This document shows, one piece after another, positions 28,455-38,415 of a DNA stretch of 64,000 nt. A program made the translations under genes and the position numbers. The first letter of the stretch is position 1. The number at the start of each line of letters is the position of its first letter. The stretch lies in assembly GCA_022706085.1 (NCBI GenBank), contig JAKJDF010000003.1, forward strand, positions 64,813 to 128,812, written 5' to 3'. The notes below the pieces were generated by a model. It was not told where the DNA came from and ran no database searches. It saw only the letters and a list, made by a program, of their open reading frames with translations. Origin of the DNA: Candidatus Latescibacterota bacterium (GTDB lineage: Bacteria > Latescibacterota > MWCZ01).

Positions 28455-28733
28455 ATGCCTACCTACGAATACCAGTGTGAATCCTGTGGTCACAGATTTG
28501 AGCGATTTCAGTCCATCAAAGCGGACCCTTTGTCGGAGTGCGAAATCTGCAAGGGGAAAGTTCGGCGACTGATCTCTGCAGGCGGCGGCCTCATCTTCAA
28601 GGGATCGGGTTTCTACATCACGGATTACCGCAGCGAAGGCTACAAGACACAATCCAAGCGCGACAACGGGGGTGATTCGAGTACCTCCTCGACTACGACG
28701 TCAAAAGAAACCACGGCGAAAACGACAACGTAA
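28455..28733 (+). CDS. FmdB-family zinc-ribbon protein with a Ser/Thr-rich tail
   Basis: MPTYEYQCESCGHRFE...CEICKG, the canonical CxxC...CxxC FmdB ribbon. Confidence 0.85.
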   Translation: MPTYEYQCESCGHRFERFQSIKADPLSECEICKGKVRRLISAGGGLIFKGSGFYITDYRSEGYKTQSKRDNGGDSSTSSTTTSKETTAKTTT

Positions 28734-28803
28734 CGTGGCCATGTCGCGTGCTGGAAAAAACGCTTCTCCTCGCACATGCGGTCTTCCCCGGAGAGACAAG
28801 GAA

Positions 28804-29343
28804 ATGAATCGGGCATCCGTGTTGGCAACGTGTGCTTTGTTCGCGGTAATGATGATGGCCTGCGGACGCAGCCCGGAGGCATTGTTAAAGAAGGGCAACG
28901 ACGCGCTTCTTGAGACGACCAAACCGCAACCCGACACCGCAACCATCGATGACGGGGTAAAAGCGTTGCGGGAGTTCACAACCAGACATATGGGGCACGA
29001 ACATGCGGACAGCGCGTACTACCTCCTTGGCATGATCTACGGGGCGACGCAAAGAAATGCGGAAGCGGGGGAAACATTCATGACGCTCGTCCAGAATTTC
29101 CCCACAAGTCGGTTGCGTCCGAAGAGCCTGATCCTGGCATCACAAGCGTACGAAAACGTGAAAAAATACGGCTACGCCAAGCAGTGCATGCAGATTCTCA
29201 TGGCCGAATACCCGGACCACGAGTTTGTCAAAGGCGGGTCAGCCAAGTGGCTTTTCCTGAACATCGGGAAAGAACCGGAAGCGTGGGATCAGAGCTTCCT
29301 CTCGGATTCGTCAACGGCACGCGCGTCCACCCGTCCCAGGTGA
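28804..29343 (+). CDS. TPR-like helical lipoprotein (BamD/YbgF-like)
   Basis: MMMACG lipobox, helical repeats carrying YYLLGMIY, RBS GGAGAGACAAGGAAATG. Confidence 0.55.
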   Translation: MNRASVLATCALFAVMMMACGRSPEALLKKGNDALLETTKPQPDTATIDDGVKALREFTTRHMGHEHADSAYYLLGMIYGATQRNAEAGETFMTLVQNFPTSRLRPKSLILASQAYENVKKYGYAKQCMQILMAEYPDHEFVKGGSAKWLFLNIGKEPEAWDQSFLSDSSTARASTRPR

Positions 29344-29371
29344 ACTGCAAGGGTGTAGTACTTTTGGGGAT

Positions 29372-30268
29372 ATGTTGCACCGACCATTTCTCGCGCTTTG
29401 CGCAGCGCTTTTTCTCGCAACCGGAGGCGCATGGGCAGCGGATGGGATACGCATCGAAGCGCGACTCGACCGGGGTACCGTCGCGCTTGACGAAACGGCC
29501 ACGCTGGTGGTAAAGGTGGAATGGGAGGGGCCTTCGGACAGATTTGCCCTTGTAGTACCGCAAGCACCGCGTGTCCACAACCTGATTGTGATTGGAAGCA
29601 AACGCGGGACGCGCTCCTGGGCGGACGAGAAGGGGGAACACTCTGCACAGGAGTTCTCCTACGTTCTTCAACCGGAATCTGAGGGAGACGCGGCCATCGG
29701 CGCGGTGCGTGTGCAATTCAACACGCCGGAAGGCACGTCGGGCGATCTGGTAACTCAACCCTTGCAGTTGCGCGTTGGAAGTCCCGCACACGCGCGGTGG
29801 CGCTTTACGTGGGGAGATATCGGAAGCCTCGTTGTCCTCGCAGGTCTGGCCGGATATGCCGGATGGCGCCACTGGAAGAAGAAAACCGTGCGGAAACCCG
29901 CATCGTCCGGAGGCCAGAAGGATCCCTTCGCGGCGGCTCTATCAGAGATCACTTCCGCCCGAAGGGCAGGAAATCAGAAAGCGTTTTACGGCGCCGTTCT
30001 TTCTCTCCTCAGGCAACTGACGAGTGAACGAACGGGTGTCCCGACGATGGCGCTTGGTGCGCGGGGTCTTGTCCCGTTTGTGGATCGACTTGTTTCTGAT
30101 GAGAGTTCGGCGGAACGGCTTCGCACTTTGTTGGCCCGCGTCGACACCATCCTGTACGCTCCGGAGACCGGTGACTCGGATGCGGACATGGACGCCACGG
30201 AGCTTTTCTTGAAGAATTTGGTGAGCGAGAACGAGATCGGGAAAAGGGAACGCAAGGATGCCCCTTGA
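29372..30268 (+). CDS. BatD-C-terminal-like membrane protein: signal peptide, periplasmic domain, one TM helix, and a cytoplasmic helical domain ending in the D-x-I-L-Y-A-P motif
   Basis: Signal peptide LFLATGGAWA, TM helix LVVLAGLAGYAGW, and a C-terminal domain sharing the (C)D-x-(I/V)-(R/K/L)-(Y/F)-A motif with BatD (42649) and the 38416 ORF. Confidence 0.6.
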   Translation: MLHRPFLALCAALFLATGGAWAADGIRIEARLDRGTVALDETATLVVKVEWEGPSDRFALVVPQAPRVHNLIVIGSKRGTRSWADEKGEHSAQEFSYVLQPESEGDAAIGAVRVQFNTPEGTSGDLVTQPLQLRVGSPAHARWRFTWGDIGSLVVLAGLAGYAGWRHWKKKTVRKPASSGGQKDPFAAALSEITSARRAGNQKAFYGAVLSLLRQLTSERTGVPTMALGARGLVPFVDRLVSDESSAERLRTLLARVDTILYAPETGDSDADMDATELFLKNLVSENEIGKRERKDAP

Positions 30269-31253
30269 TAGCCACATTCAGGAGATTCATGCGGAAATCG
30301 AACGCGAAAGCGAATTCGTAGAACGCATCGTTTCCGAAATCGGCAAGGTGATTGTTGGCCAGCGCACGATGGTTGAGCGGATGCTGATCGGCCTGCTTTG
30401 CGACGGCCACATTCTGCTGGAGGGCGTTCCCGGGCTGGCCAAAACCCTTGCAGTAAGCAGCCTGGCCCGGACGATACGCGCGAAGTTTCAGAGGATTCAG
30501 TTTACACCCGACCTTCTGCCTGCTGACGTGGTTGGAACCCCGGTTTATGAGCAGAAGAAATCGACGTTCACGGTGAAGAAGGGACCGATTTTCGCGAATA
30601 TCGTGCTTGCGGACGAAGTGAACCGCGCACCTGCGAAAGTTCAGAGCGCCATGCTGGAGGCAATGCAAGAGCACCAGGTGACCATCGGCGACCAGACATT
30701 CGCTCTTGAGGACCCTTTCCTGGTTCTCGCGACGCAGAACCCGATCGAGCAGGAAGGAACGTACCCCCTGCCGGAGGCGCAAATTGACCGGTTCATGCTG
30801 AAAGTGGTGGTTACTTACCCCTCCAAGGCAGAAGAGCGTCAAATACTCGACAGAATGACGGAGGGCGACGTCCCACAGGTGAATGAAGTTGTCGAACCGG
30901 CGGACATCATTCGCGCCCGTCAACTGGTTCGTCGCATCTACATGGACGAGAAAATCAAGAATTACATAGTGGAGATCGTGTGCGCGACCCGAAAACCGGC
31001 AGAATATGGCCTGGCAGATTACACCGATTTCGTCGATTACGGTGCTTCACCGCGCGCAACCATATGGCTCGCTCTCGCATCGAAGGCTCACGCATTTCTC
31101 CGTCACAGGGGATATGTTACCCCTGAGGACGTCAAAGCCATCGGGATGGATGTTCTCAGGCACCGTGTCATTCCTACTTACGAGGCAGAGGCGGAGGAAG
31201 TCACCGCGGAGGCAATCGTCGGCAAGGTTTTCGATACTGTTGAAGTGCCATGA
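30258..31253 (+). CDS. moxR: MoxR-family AAA+ ATPase
   Basis: GHILLEGVPGLAKT Walker A, VLADEVNRA Walker B, 331 aa. Confidence 0.95.
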   Translation: MPLDSHIQEIHAEIERESEFVERIVSEIGKVIVGQRTMVERMLIGLLCDGHILLEGVPGLAKTLAVSSLARTIRAKFQRIQFTPDLLPADVVGTPVYEQKKSTFTVKKGPIFANIVLADEVNRAPAKVQSAMLEAMQEHQVTIGDQTFALEDPFLVLATQNPIEQEGTYPLPEAQIDRFMLKVVVTYPSKAEERQILDRMTEGDVPQVNEVVEPADIIRARQLVRRIYMDEKIKNYIVEIVCATRKPAEYGLADYTDFVDYGASPRATIWLALASKAHAFLRHRGYVTPEDVKAIGMDVLRHRVIPTYEAEAEEVTAEAIVGKVFDTVEVP

Positions 31254-32347
31254 TCCAGAAGGAAATCCTGAAAAAAGTCCGTCGGATCGAAATCCAAACG
31301 CGTCAGGTGGTTAACACCCTTCTCAGCGGCGAATACCATTCCGCCTTGAAAGGGCAAGGGATGGAATTTGCCGAGGTGCGGGAGTATCAGCCCGGCGACG
31401 ACGTCCGCAGGATTGACTGGAATGTGACGGCGCGTATGCGTCGTCCTTTTGTGAAGATATTCGATGAGGAACGCGAGCTGACGGTGATGCTGATGGTTGA
31501 CGCGTCGTCGTCGGGCGATTTCGGGTCTGTAGAGCAGACGAAGAACCAGATTGCTGTCGAGCTGTGCGCCCTTCTCGCGTTCAGCGCCACCAAGAATAAC
31601 GACAGGGTGGGTCTCATAGTCTTCACTGACAGAATCGAGAAGTTCGTTCCACCCAAAAAGGGCCGAAAACATGTTCTGCGGGTGATACGAGAGCTTCTTG
31701 CGCAGTTTTCCCGGACGGAAACCAGTGAGGCACGACCCTTCCGCGATCGGCCGCACCCGGTGATGGGTGGCTTGGCGAGTCTGGCGATCCTCGCGGCGGC
31801 TGTTTCGATGATTTCGGCGATTGGTATCCCCGAGACGACCTCTCAGTGGCTGGCGGAGGCGATAATCTCCCTCCTGGGGGCGTTAGGCGTGGTCGTGGTT
31901 TCGCGGTGGGCATTCCGCACGTACGGGGCTGACAAGGGACGCGGTACCGACATTGCCGGGGCGCTGGATTTTCTGAATCGCGTCATGACGCGTCGCGGGG
32001 TGGTGTTCCTTATAAGTGATTTCCAGGCGGCCGGTTTTGAGAAGGCGCTCAAGGCTGCCCGGAGAAAGCAGGATGTCATTGCGGTAACGCTCACCGACCC
32101 GCGCGAGGTCACGCTGAAAGGAGCCGGTTTGCTGGCTCTGGAGGACCCGGAGACAGGGGAATCGGTGATTGTGGATTCCTCAGGCAAACGTTTCCGGGAC
32201 TGGTACGAACAGCAGGCGCGAACAAGACACGCTCAAAGGAAACGCCTGTTCCGCAGCACTGGCGTTGATTGTGTGGACGTGTGGACGGACACGTCTTATG
32301 TGGACCCCTTAGTGAGGTTCTTTTCGGCGCGTGCCAAGCGAATGTGA
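31250..32347 (+). CDS. DUF58 (vWA-like) protein, the canonical MoxR partner
   Basis: GEYHSALKGQGMEFAEVREYQPGDDVRRIDWNVTAR matches the DUF58 signature. ATGA overlap with moxR. Confidence 0.9.
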   Translation: MIQKEILKKVRRIEIQTRQVVNTLLSGEYHSALKGQGMEFAEVREYQPGDDVRRIDWNVTARMRRPFVKIFDEERELTVMLMVDASSSGDFGSVEQTKNQIAVELCALLAFSATKNNDRVGLIVFTDRIEKFVPPKKGRKHVLRVIRELLAQFSRTETSEARPFRDRPHPVMGGLASLAILAAAVSMISAIGIPETTSQWLAEAIISLLGALGVVVVSRWAFRTYGADKGRGTDIAGALDFLNRVMTRRGVVFLISDFQAAGFEKALKAARRKQDVIAVTLTDPREVTLKGAGLLALEDPETGESVIVDSSGKRFRDWYEQQARTRHAQRKRLFRSTGVDCVDVWTDTSYVDPLVRFFSARAKRM

Positions 32348-32456
32348 AGCTCGCGTTTCATGCGGCCGACCCGGCCTGTTGTCTGCGGAGTGAAAAGCGA
32401 CCTGCTTTTTGGCGTCTGTGAAGAGTGCGAGCAGCGGTTACCGAGGGGAGATTGGG

Positions 32457-33362
32457 ATGAGATACATCAGGGTTCTTTTGTTGATTGGCCTGATCGCGAT
32501 TGGCACGGGCTGTTCAAAGTCTGGCGTTGACCCCGAGAAGCAGCGTGTTTTTGCGACCGAACTTCTGAACCGTGAGCTCTACGCCGAGGCTATCCGTGCC
32601 TTCGACAAGTACCTGGAGATGCCCGGCGTGTCTGACAGGGATCGCGCCGATGCGATGCGCAAGCTGGCGGATGCGCTCTTCGACAAAGCGAACGATTACC
32701 ACTCAGCACTCGTGTACTACCTCAGGTTACGGGTTTTCGTTCCCGATTATCCCGAGATGAATGAGATCCGAGCACGGCTTGTCACCTGTTTTGAACGAAC
32801 GGGACGAAACACTGATGCGTCGCTGATGCGGCGGGAGATTGCCCAGGGGAAGATTCTACCGCCCGATTCGTTGGCGGGGCCGGTCGTGGCGGAGTTCGGA
32901 GACCGGAAGATCTCGGAACGCGAAGTTCTGCGCGAACTGGAACAGCTTCCCCCGGAACTACGTCAACAATTCAACACCATGGACCGGAAACGGGAACTCC
33001 TGCGCCAGGTAGTCGGCAGGGAGATTTTGTATGAGACGGCGGTGAAGAGGGGATATGCCGATAGTCCCGAGTTTCAACTTCAGCTTGACCGCATGAGACG
33101 CGACATGCTTGTTCAGCGGATCGGTGAAGAACAACTCGGGAGCCTTCCAGACATCACGGAAGCGGACGTAAGGCGTTTTTACGAAGAACATCAAGCCGAA
33201 TTGCCTCGCGTTCCGGGCGGAGGCATTCCAAGCCTCCAGCAGATTCGGCCCCAGATCGAGATGGCGGCACGCCAGGCGAAGCAGCAGGAGGCCTTCCAGC
33301 GGCTCGTGGATCAGCTCTTCGCCAGCCAGGAAGTCAAGCTGTACCCCGAACGTATGAGATGA
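32457..33362 (+). CDS. Lipoprotein with N-terminal TPR-like helices and a SurA-N/PpiC-chaperone-like C-terminal region
   Basis: Lipobox IGTGCS. RBS GAGGGGAG. No catalytic motif seen. Confidence 0.5.
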   Translation: MRYIRVLLLIGLIAIGTGCSKSGVDPEKQRVFATELLNRELYAEAIRAFDKYLEMPGVSDRDRADAMRKLADALFDKANDYHSALVYYLRLRVFVPDYPEMNEIRARLVTCFERTGRNTDASLMRREIAQGKILPPDSLAGPVVAEFGDRKISEREVLRELEQLPPELRQQFNTMDRKRELLRQVVGREILYETAVKRGYADSPEFQLQLDRMRRDMLVQRIGEEQLGSLPDITEADVRRFYEEHQAELPRVPGGGIPSLQQIRPQIEMAARQAKQQEAFQRLVDQLFASQEVKLYPERMR

Positions 33363-33457
33363 CGGAAGATTGTCTCTCCGAAAATCCGGGGAACACGGGG
33401 AAAAAACGTGGATGAGCTTCACTCGTTTGCAACCTATCCGACACAGGAGGGAGCGAA

Positions 33458-34189
33458 TTGATCGAAGTCCGAGGTCTCACCAAGAAGTACGGGACATTCA
33501 CTGCGGTGGACGATATCAGTTTCACCGTGCAAAAGGGGCAGATACTTGGGTTCCTTGGGCCCAACGGGGCAGGCAAGACGACAACCATGAGGATTCTCAC
33601 CGGTTACCTGCCTCCGACCTCCGGAACTGCGCTGGTTGCGGGCTACGATGTCCAGGAGCAGTCCATGGAGGTTCGCAAACGCATCGGTTACCTGCCGGAA
33701 TCTCCGCCTCTTTACAACGACATGACTGTCCGTGAATACGTGGATTTCTGTGCGGCGTTGAAAGGGGTACCTGGAAGCAAGCGTGAAGAGGCGGTGTCTG
33801 CCACGCTGGAGAAGTGCGGGCTGGAAGACAGGGTAAACCAGCTTATAGGCACTCTTTCCAAAGGCTATCGTCAACGGACGGGCCTTGCCCAGGCGCTGGT
33901 GCATGACCCCGAGGTACTCATACTCGACGAGCCGACGATTGGCCTTGATCCAGCCCAGATCATCGAAATCCGCGAGTTGATCAAGGCGCTTGCCGGCAAT
34001 CACACGGTCATCTTGAGCACGCACATATTGCCGGAAGTGAGTGTAACCTGCCAGGCTGTCGCAATCATTCACCAGGGCAAGTTGTGCGCTGCGGATTCAT
34101 TGGAAAACTTGACCCGCGTCCACGGCGAATCGCTGGAGGAAATCTTCCTCCGTGTGATTAGTAGCGACGTGGAGGAGGCTGCGGCGTGA
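33458..34189 (+). CDS. ABC transporter ATP-binding protein, GldA/ABC-2 exporter type
   Basis: GPNGAGKTT Walker A, LSKGYRQR signature, ILDEPT Walker B. TTG start after AGGAGGGAG. Confidence 0.9.
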   Translation: MIEVRGLTKKYGTFTAVDDISFTVQKGQILGFLGPNGAGKTTTMRILTGYLPPTSGTALVAGYDVQEQSMEVRKRIGYLPESPPLYNDMTVREYVDFCAALKGVPGSKREEAVSATLEKCGLEDRVNQLIGTLSKGYRQRTGLAQALVHDPEVLILDEPTIGLDPAQIIEIRELIKALAGNHTVILSTHILPEVSVTCQAVAIIHQGKLCAADSLENLTRVHGESLEEIFLRVISSDVEEAAA

Positions 34190-34998
34190 TGAAAGGAACA
34201 TGGACGATTTTCGTCAAAGAGCTCCGGTCGTACGTGCATTCTCCCGTTGCGTACGTCATGGCATTCGTCTTTCTGATCCTGTGCGGGTATTTCTTCCAGG
34301 ACGCGATGAACTTCCTCAATCGCTACACTACTGATTATCCCATGCGATATCAGCAGGCCCAGCAGATGCGGCGGGATCCGCCTCCTCCTCCCAACGTCGA
34401 CATTGTGGTGATTCGTCGGACGTACAGTGTAATGGCGTTCCTGCTGACGTTCATCATGCCGATCCTGACCATGCGCCTGTATTCGGAAGAATATCGCAAC
34501 GGCACAATCGAGCTTCTCTTCACTTCGCCCGTGACACCCGGGCAGACGCTGGCAGGAAAATTCCTCGCGTCATTTGCGCTGTACGCGGGTATTCTGGTGC
34601 TCACACTGAACTTCGTCGCGTTTGCGTACCTCTATGCAGAGGAGGGGGTACGGCCTGACACCGGATTAATACTCAGTTGTTATCTGGGGCTTCTTTTCCT
34701 CGGAGCGTCATTCATTTCGGTTGGAGTGTTCGCTTCCGCGTTGACGGAAAACCAGATTGTCGCCGCTGTAGTGAGTTTCAGTGTCTTGCTCATGTTCCTT
34801 GTCATCGGCGCCGCGGCGGACTACGTGGGCAACTACTCAGCCGCGGAATTCCTCAGATATCTTGCGGTCAACGGGCATGCAGACTCGTTCCTGCGCGGTG
34901 TGATTTCGCTTCGCGACATCGTCTACTACATAACCTTCATCGGGTTCATGTTGTTGCTCACGAACCGGGTGTTGGAATCGCGAAGGTGGAGGCTGTAA
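34186..34998 (+). CDS. ABC-2 family permease (GldF-like)
   Basis: Six-TM ABC-2 permease with ATGA coupling to the ATPase. Confidence 0.85.
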   Translation: MMKGTWTIFVKELRSYVHSPVAYVMAFVFLILCGYFFQDAMNFLNRYTTDYPMRYQQAQQMRRDPPPPPNVDIVVIRRTYSVMAFLLTFIMPILTMRLYSEEYRNGTIELLFTSPVTPGQTLAGKFLASFALYAGILVLTLNFVAFAYLYAEEGVRPDTGLILSCYLGLLFLGASFISVGVFASALTENQIVAAVVSFSVLLMFLVIGAAADYVGNYSAAEFLRYLAVNGHADSFLRGVISLRDIVYYITFIGFMLLLTNRVLESRRWRL

Positions 34999-36759
34999 AT
35001 GGTGCGATCGATTCCTATCCCGTTTGTTGCTCTGGTCGGGTTGCTCCTCGCCGTTGATGGCATGGTTGCGTGGCTTGCCAGCGCCACGGTGTGGGGCTGG
35101 GGGATTCCGTGGGCTGTCGGAACAGGTCTTTTGCTTGGTGCATTTCTTTCGCGGCTGGGGGTTCGGAAATCCATCGCGTTTGTCGTTGCGTTAGTGGTTT
35201 TGGTCGCCCTTTGCGCGATCATCTACGTGAAAGGCGAAGTGATCGGCGCGTTCAAGCTCGACAGTATCACGGCGATTTTGTTGTTCCTCGCGTTGTTCGT
35301 GGGAGAAGTCGGCGTGGGCATCGCATCGGTGCTGACTGGCCGGGCGAGTGCACAAGGGGCCAACTTCTGGGTGTACGTAGTGAGCGCGCTCGCGATTGCA
35401 GTGGTGTTGAATTACCTCACGAACCGGCACGTGCGGACGACGTACGACATCACGCAGGCGCAACTGGAAAGCCTTTCAGACCAGACCCTGGCGAAGATGA
35501 AGGGACTGAGAAAGGATGTTCACCTTATTGCGTTTATCCGGGACTCTGATCCCAATCGTCCCGGGTACGCAGAGATGCTCAAAAAATACGCGGCTGCATC
35601 ACGCTACTTTACGTTTGAATTTGTTGACCCGGACAAATACCCTGACATCGCCGCACGGGAAAACATCAACCCCAACGACATCACTATCATTGTCAAGTGT
35701 GAGGACCGGCGGGAGCTGGTTCTCGGGCCGGAAGAGCGCGACCTGACAACTGCAATAATCAAGGTGACGCGCCCCGGCCAGAAGAGAATCTACTTTTCGA
35801 TGTGGCACCAGGAACGGACTTTGGAAGGAGAGATGGCTATGTTGGCCAATCTTCTCCGCCAGTTGAATTACGCGACTGCGCCGCTGAAGCTCATTGATTC
35901 TGATGTTCCTCCGGACTGCGCTGTGTTGGTAATTCCGGGGCCAAAAGCGCCGTTCGCGCCGGTGGAAATCAGCAGGATCGAACGGTATCTGGCGGAGGGC
36001 GGAAGTGCACTTGTCCTGCTGGACCCGGATTCGATCGAAACCGGTCTGGAAAACGTTGTTGCCAGATGGGGCGTGGTTGTACACCCGAACATGGTCATCG
36101 AACGTCAACGTGGACTCGTTCCCTATGCAGGCGGCCTGTACATGGGGGAACAGCAATCCATGTACGCGCGTGCGATGAAATACGAGCCTTCGCACGCTAT
36201 CGTTGCCGATCTCGAATCCAAGGGCATTGCGACGGGGTTCTACCAGGTTCGGGAGATCACGTGGACGGGCGCGAATCCCACACTGGCGTGCACGGGCACC
36301 CCGATTGTTTTCGCGGGCTCACGAACTTCATTCGCGATCACGGAGGTGAAAGAGGCGTTGCGCAACCCACGGCAGGCCCACAGCGCAGAAGGAAAGCCGT
36401 CAGGTCCTTTCTCGGTTGCCGTGGCGGCGACCGCTCCCCCGTCGGTGCCTACCGGCGTGGAAGGTGCGAAGACGCGGCTTGTTGTCGTCGGGGATGCAGA
36501 TTTCGCGACCGACAGGGTCGTGAGCCAGGAGCGGGGCAACGTGGATTTCATGCTCAACTGCATCACATGGTTGAGCGAGGACGAAGATCTGATCACGATC
36601 CATTCAAGGGAGCCGGGCTACAAGCCTATCGTCATGACAGCGAGCCAGGGGACTTTCATGTTCCTCTTCTGCGTCTGGCGGTACCCGGCGATGGTGTTCG
36701 TTGCCGGTCTCCTGATCTGGTGGTACCGGCGAAGTCGTGGCCCCGGCAAGGATAACTGA
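34999..36759 (+). CDS. GldG-like ABC-transport-associated protein (pfam09822-type) with an extra polytopic N-terminal membrane domain
   Basis: The central 'ABC-type uncharacterized transport system' pattern (VLVIPGP...YLAEGGSALVLLDP) is preceded by about 150 aa with 4-5 TM helices, and followed by a C-terminal TM. Confidence 0.7.
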   Translation: MVRSIPIPFVALVGLLLAVDGMVAWLASATVWGWGIPWAVGTGLLLGAFLSRLGVRKSIAFVVALVVLVALCAIIYVKGEVIGAFKLDSITAILLFLALFVGEVGVGIASVLTGRASAQGANFWVYVVSALAIAVVLNYLTNRHVRTTYDITQAQLESLSDQTLAKMKGLRKDVHLIAFIRDSDPNRPGYAEMLKKYAAASRYFTFEFVDPDKYPDIAARENINPNDITIIVKCEDRRELVLGPEERDLTTAIIKVTRPGQKRIYFSMWHQERTLEGEMAMLANLLRQLNYATAPLKLIDSDVPPDCAVLVIPGPKAPFAPVEISRIERYLAEGGSALVLLDPDSIETGLENVVARWGVVVHPNMVIERQRGLVPYAGGLYMGEQQSMYARAMKYEPSHAIVADLESKGIATGFYQVREITWTGANPTLACTGTPIVFAGSRTSFAITEVKEALRNPRQAHSAEGKPSGPFSVAVAATAPPSVPTGVEGAKTRLVVVGDADFATDRVVSQERGNVDFMLNCITWLSEDEDLITIHSREPGYKPIVMTASQGTFMFLFCVWRYPAMVFVAGLLIWWYRRSRGPGKDN

Positions 36760-36787
36760 GAGCAAAAACCGGAAGGGGATCGGCGGA

Positions 36788-36814
36788 GCGGGGTGCGGAT
36801 GAATCGCACCCCGC
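36788..36814 (+). promoter_or_regulatory. Intra-operon stem-loop between the gldG-like and DUF4340 genes
   Basis: GCGGGGTGCG-gatgaat-CGCACCCCGC, a 10-bp stem with no T-run. Confidence 0.4.
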
Positions 36815-36872
36815 GATCTGTTGACGCGACCTCGGAACGCGCGATCGTTGCACTAAGGCGGAGAAGAACGGC

Positions 36873-38279
36873 ATGAAGAAATGGATCAGGACTATCATTC
36901 TGGTCGTAGTAGCCCTCGCGCTCGGACTCTGGGCGTATTTTGGGGAGCGCCATCTGGACAAGGTCGCGCTGGAGAAGCGTCTGGAGCAGAAAATTACACG
37001 CATCCCGACGGAAAAGATTGCGGGATTCACCCTGATTATCAACAACCCGAACGCAGCCAAACCTGATACAACGGTTGTGGAGCGAGTTGGTGCGGATGAG
37101 TGGCAGATCGTCCACCCCATCCTATGGCCGGGAGAGAGCACGGAGTGGCGTGCGATGGCGCAGAACCTTCCGAGAGCCTGGAAACAGCGCGCGTGGAAAT
37201 CCTCTCCTGACAGCATTTCGTTCTTTGGTCTGAAACCTCCGTTGGTTCGGCTGATTATCAAGCCGGTAGACAGCGCGATGCGACCGGACACTCTCGACAT
37301 AGGCAAAGCCACGCCGACCGATAACTTCTGTTATGTAAAATATCCCCGGAGTGATTCAATCTATACGACGGACGTTATTCTGGTTTCCGCCACCCTGAAA
37401 TCCTTGCACACATTGCGGGACAAATCGGTTACGCCGATCGACCCATCTCTCGTGCAACGAATAACCGTGAAAAGGGGTGGCGCGGATTCGATGGTGATCG
37501 AACGCCGCGGCAATCTCTGGTGGATGACCTCCCCGTTGGAACGGTCGGTGGATCGGGACACCGTGAATGCACTGTTGAAAGAAGTTCAGATGTCCCGGGT
37601 GGCGGTCTTCCACGATATGCCTGCTGCCATGGAAACGTACGGTCTGGATCGCCCTGTGGCAGAGGTTGAGTTCCTGATGGCATACCAGGGACGTCTGGCC
37701 CGACGGACACTGTTTCTCGGTTCGAAAGTCCCAAATGTTCCGAACGAGCAGTCCGGGGGGCAGCCGGTGTACTACGTCAAGGACGCGGATCGACCACCCG
37801 TGATGGAGGTTCCGGGAGGGCTCGGGTACAACCTGAAACGTCCGATGGAGTTCTACTGGGATCGTCATCTCGCAGTTTTTGAGAGACGGGATATCAACCG
37901 GGTTGAGCTTGTGACTTCTGAGCGGACGGTGGCCATGTCTGCTGACACGCTTGCCAACTGGCGGTTCGAAAGCCCCCTGTCCGGCGGGGTGAAGCGGTGG
38001 CAGGTAAACGGCATCGTGGCAAATCTCGACATGGCACGTGTGAAGCAGTTTGTGGGAAGGCCGGTTGCCGCCACGGGTCTGGATAGGCCGCGTCTAAGTG
38101 TCCGCCTTTACCACGACAAGGAGTTGAAAGCCTCCGTCGATTTCGGAGCGCCGCACGGTGGGCTTGTTTTTGCCAGGGGGAGCAACAACAACGGCCCGGT
38201 TCTGGTCGACAAGCAGACGATGGCTCTTTTCATGCTGAGCGTTGACGATCTGAAGGAACTGCCGATTCCGCCCCAATGA
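36873..38279 (+). CDS. DUF4340-like protein with an N-terminal TM anchor, a usual partner of GldG-type ABC systems
   Basis: MKKWIRTIILVVVALALGLWAYF anchor, 468 aa, and its position downstream of gldG. Confidence 0.6.
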   Translation: MKKWIRTIILVVVALALGLWAYFGERHLDKVALEKRLEQKITRIPTEKIAGFTLIINNPNAAKPDTTVVERVGADEWQIVHPILWPGESTEWRAMAQNLPRAWKQRAWKSSPDSISFFGLKPPLVRLIIKPVDSAMRPDTLDIGKATPTDNFCYVKYPRSDSIYTTDVILVSATLKSLHTLRDKSVTPIDPSLVQRITVKRGGADSMVIERRGNLWWMTSPLERSVDRDTVNALLKEVQMSRVAVFHDMPAAMETYGLDRPVAEVEFLMAYQGRLARRTLFLGSKVPNVPNEQSGGQPVYYVKDADRPPVMEVPGGLGYNLKRPMEFYWDRHLAVFERRDINRVELVTSERTVAMSADTLANWRFESPLSGGVKRWQVNGIVANLDMARVKQFVGRPVAATGLDRPRLSVRLYHDKELKASVDFGAPHGGLVFARGSNNNGPVLVDKQTMALFMLSVDDLKELPIPPQ

Positions 38280-38415
38280 TGTCCCGGTGAAAAGGGGACC
38301 GTCATCAGGAAAGCGATGCCACGGCAGACGGCAGCAGTACGCAACAGGGGGTGCGATCTATCGCGCCCTCTTTTGCTGCAAACAAGTTTGCACTTATTCT
38401 GGCAGGACAATACCG

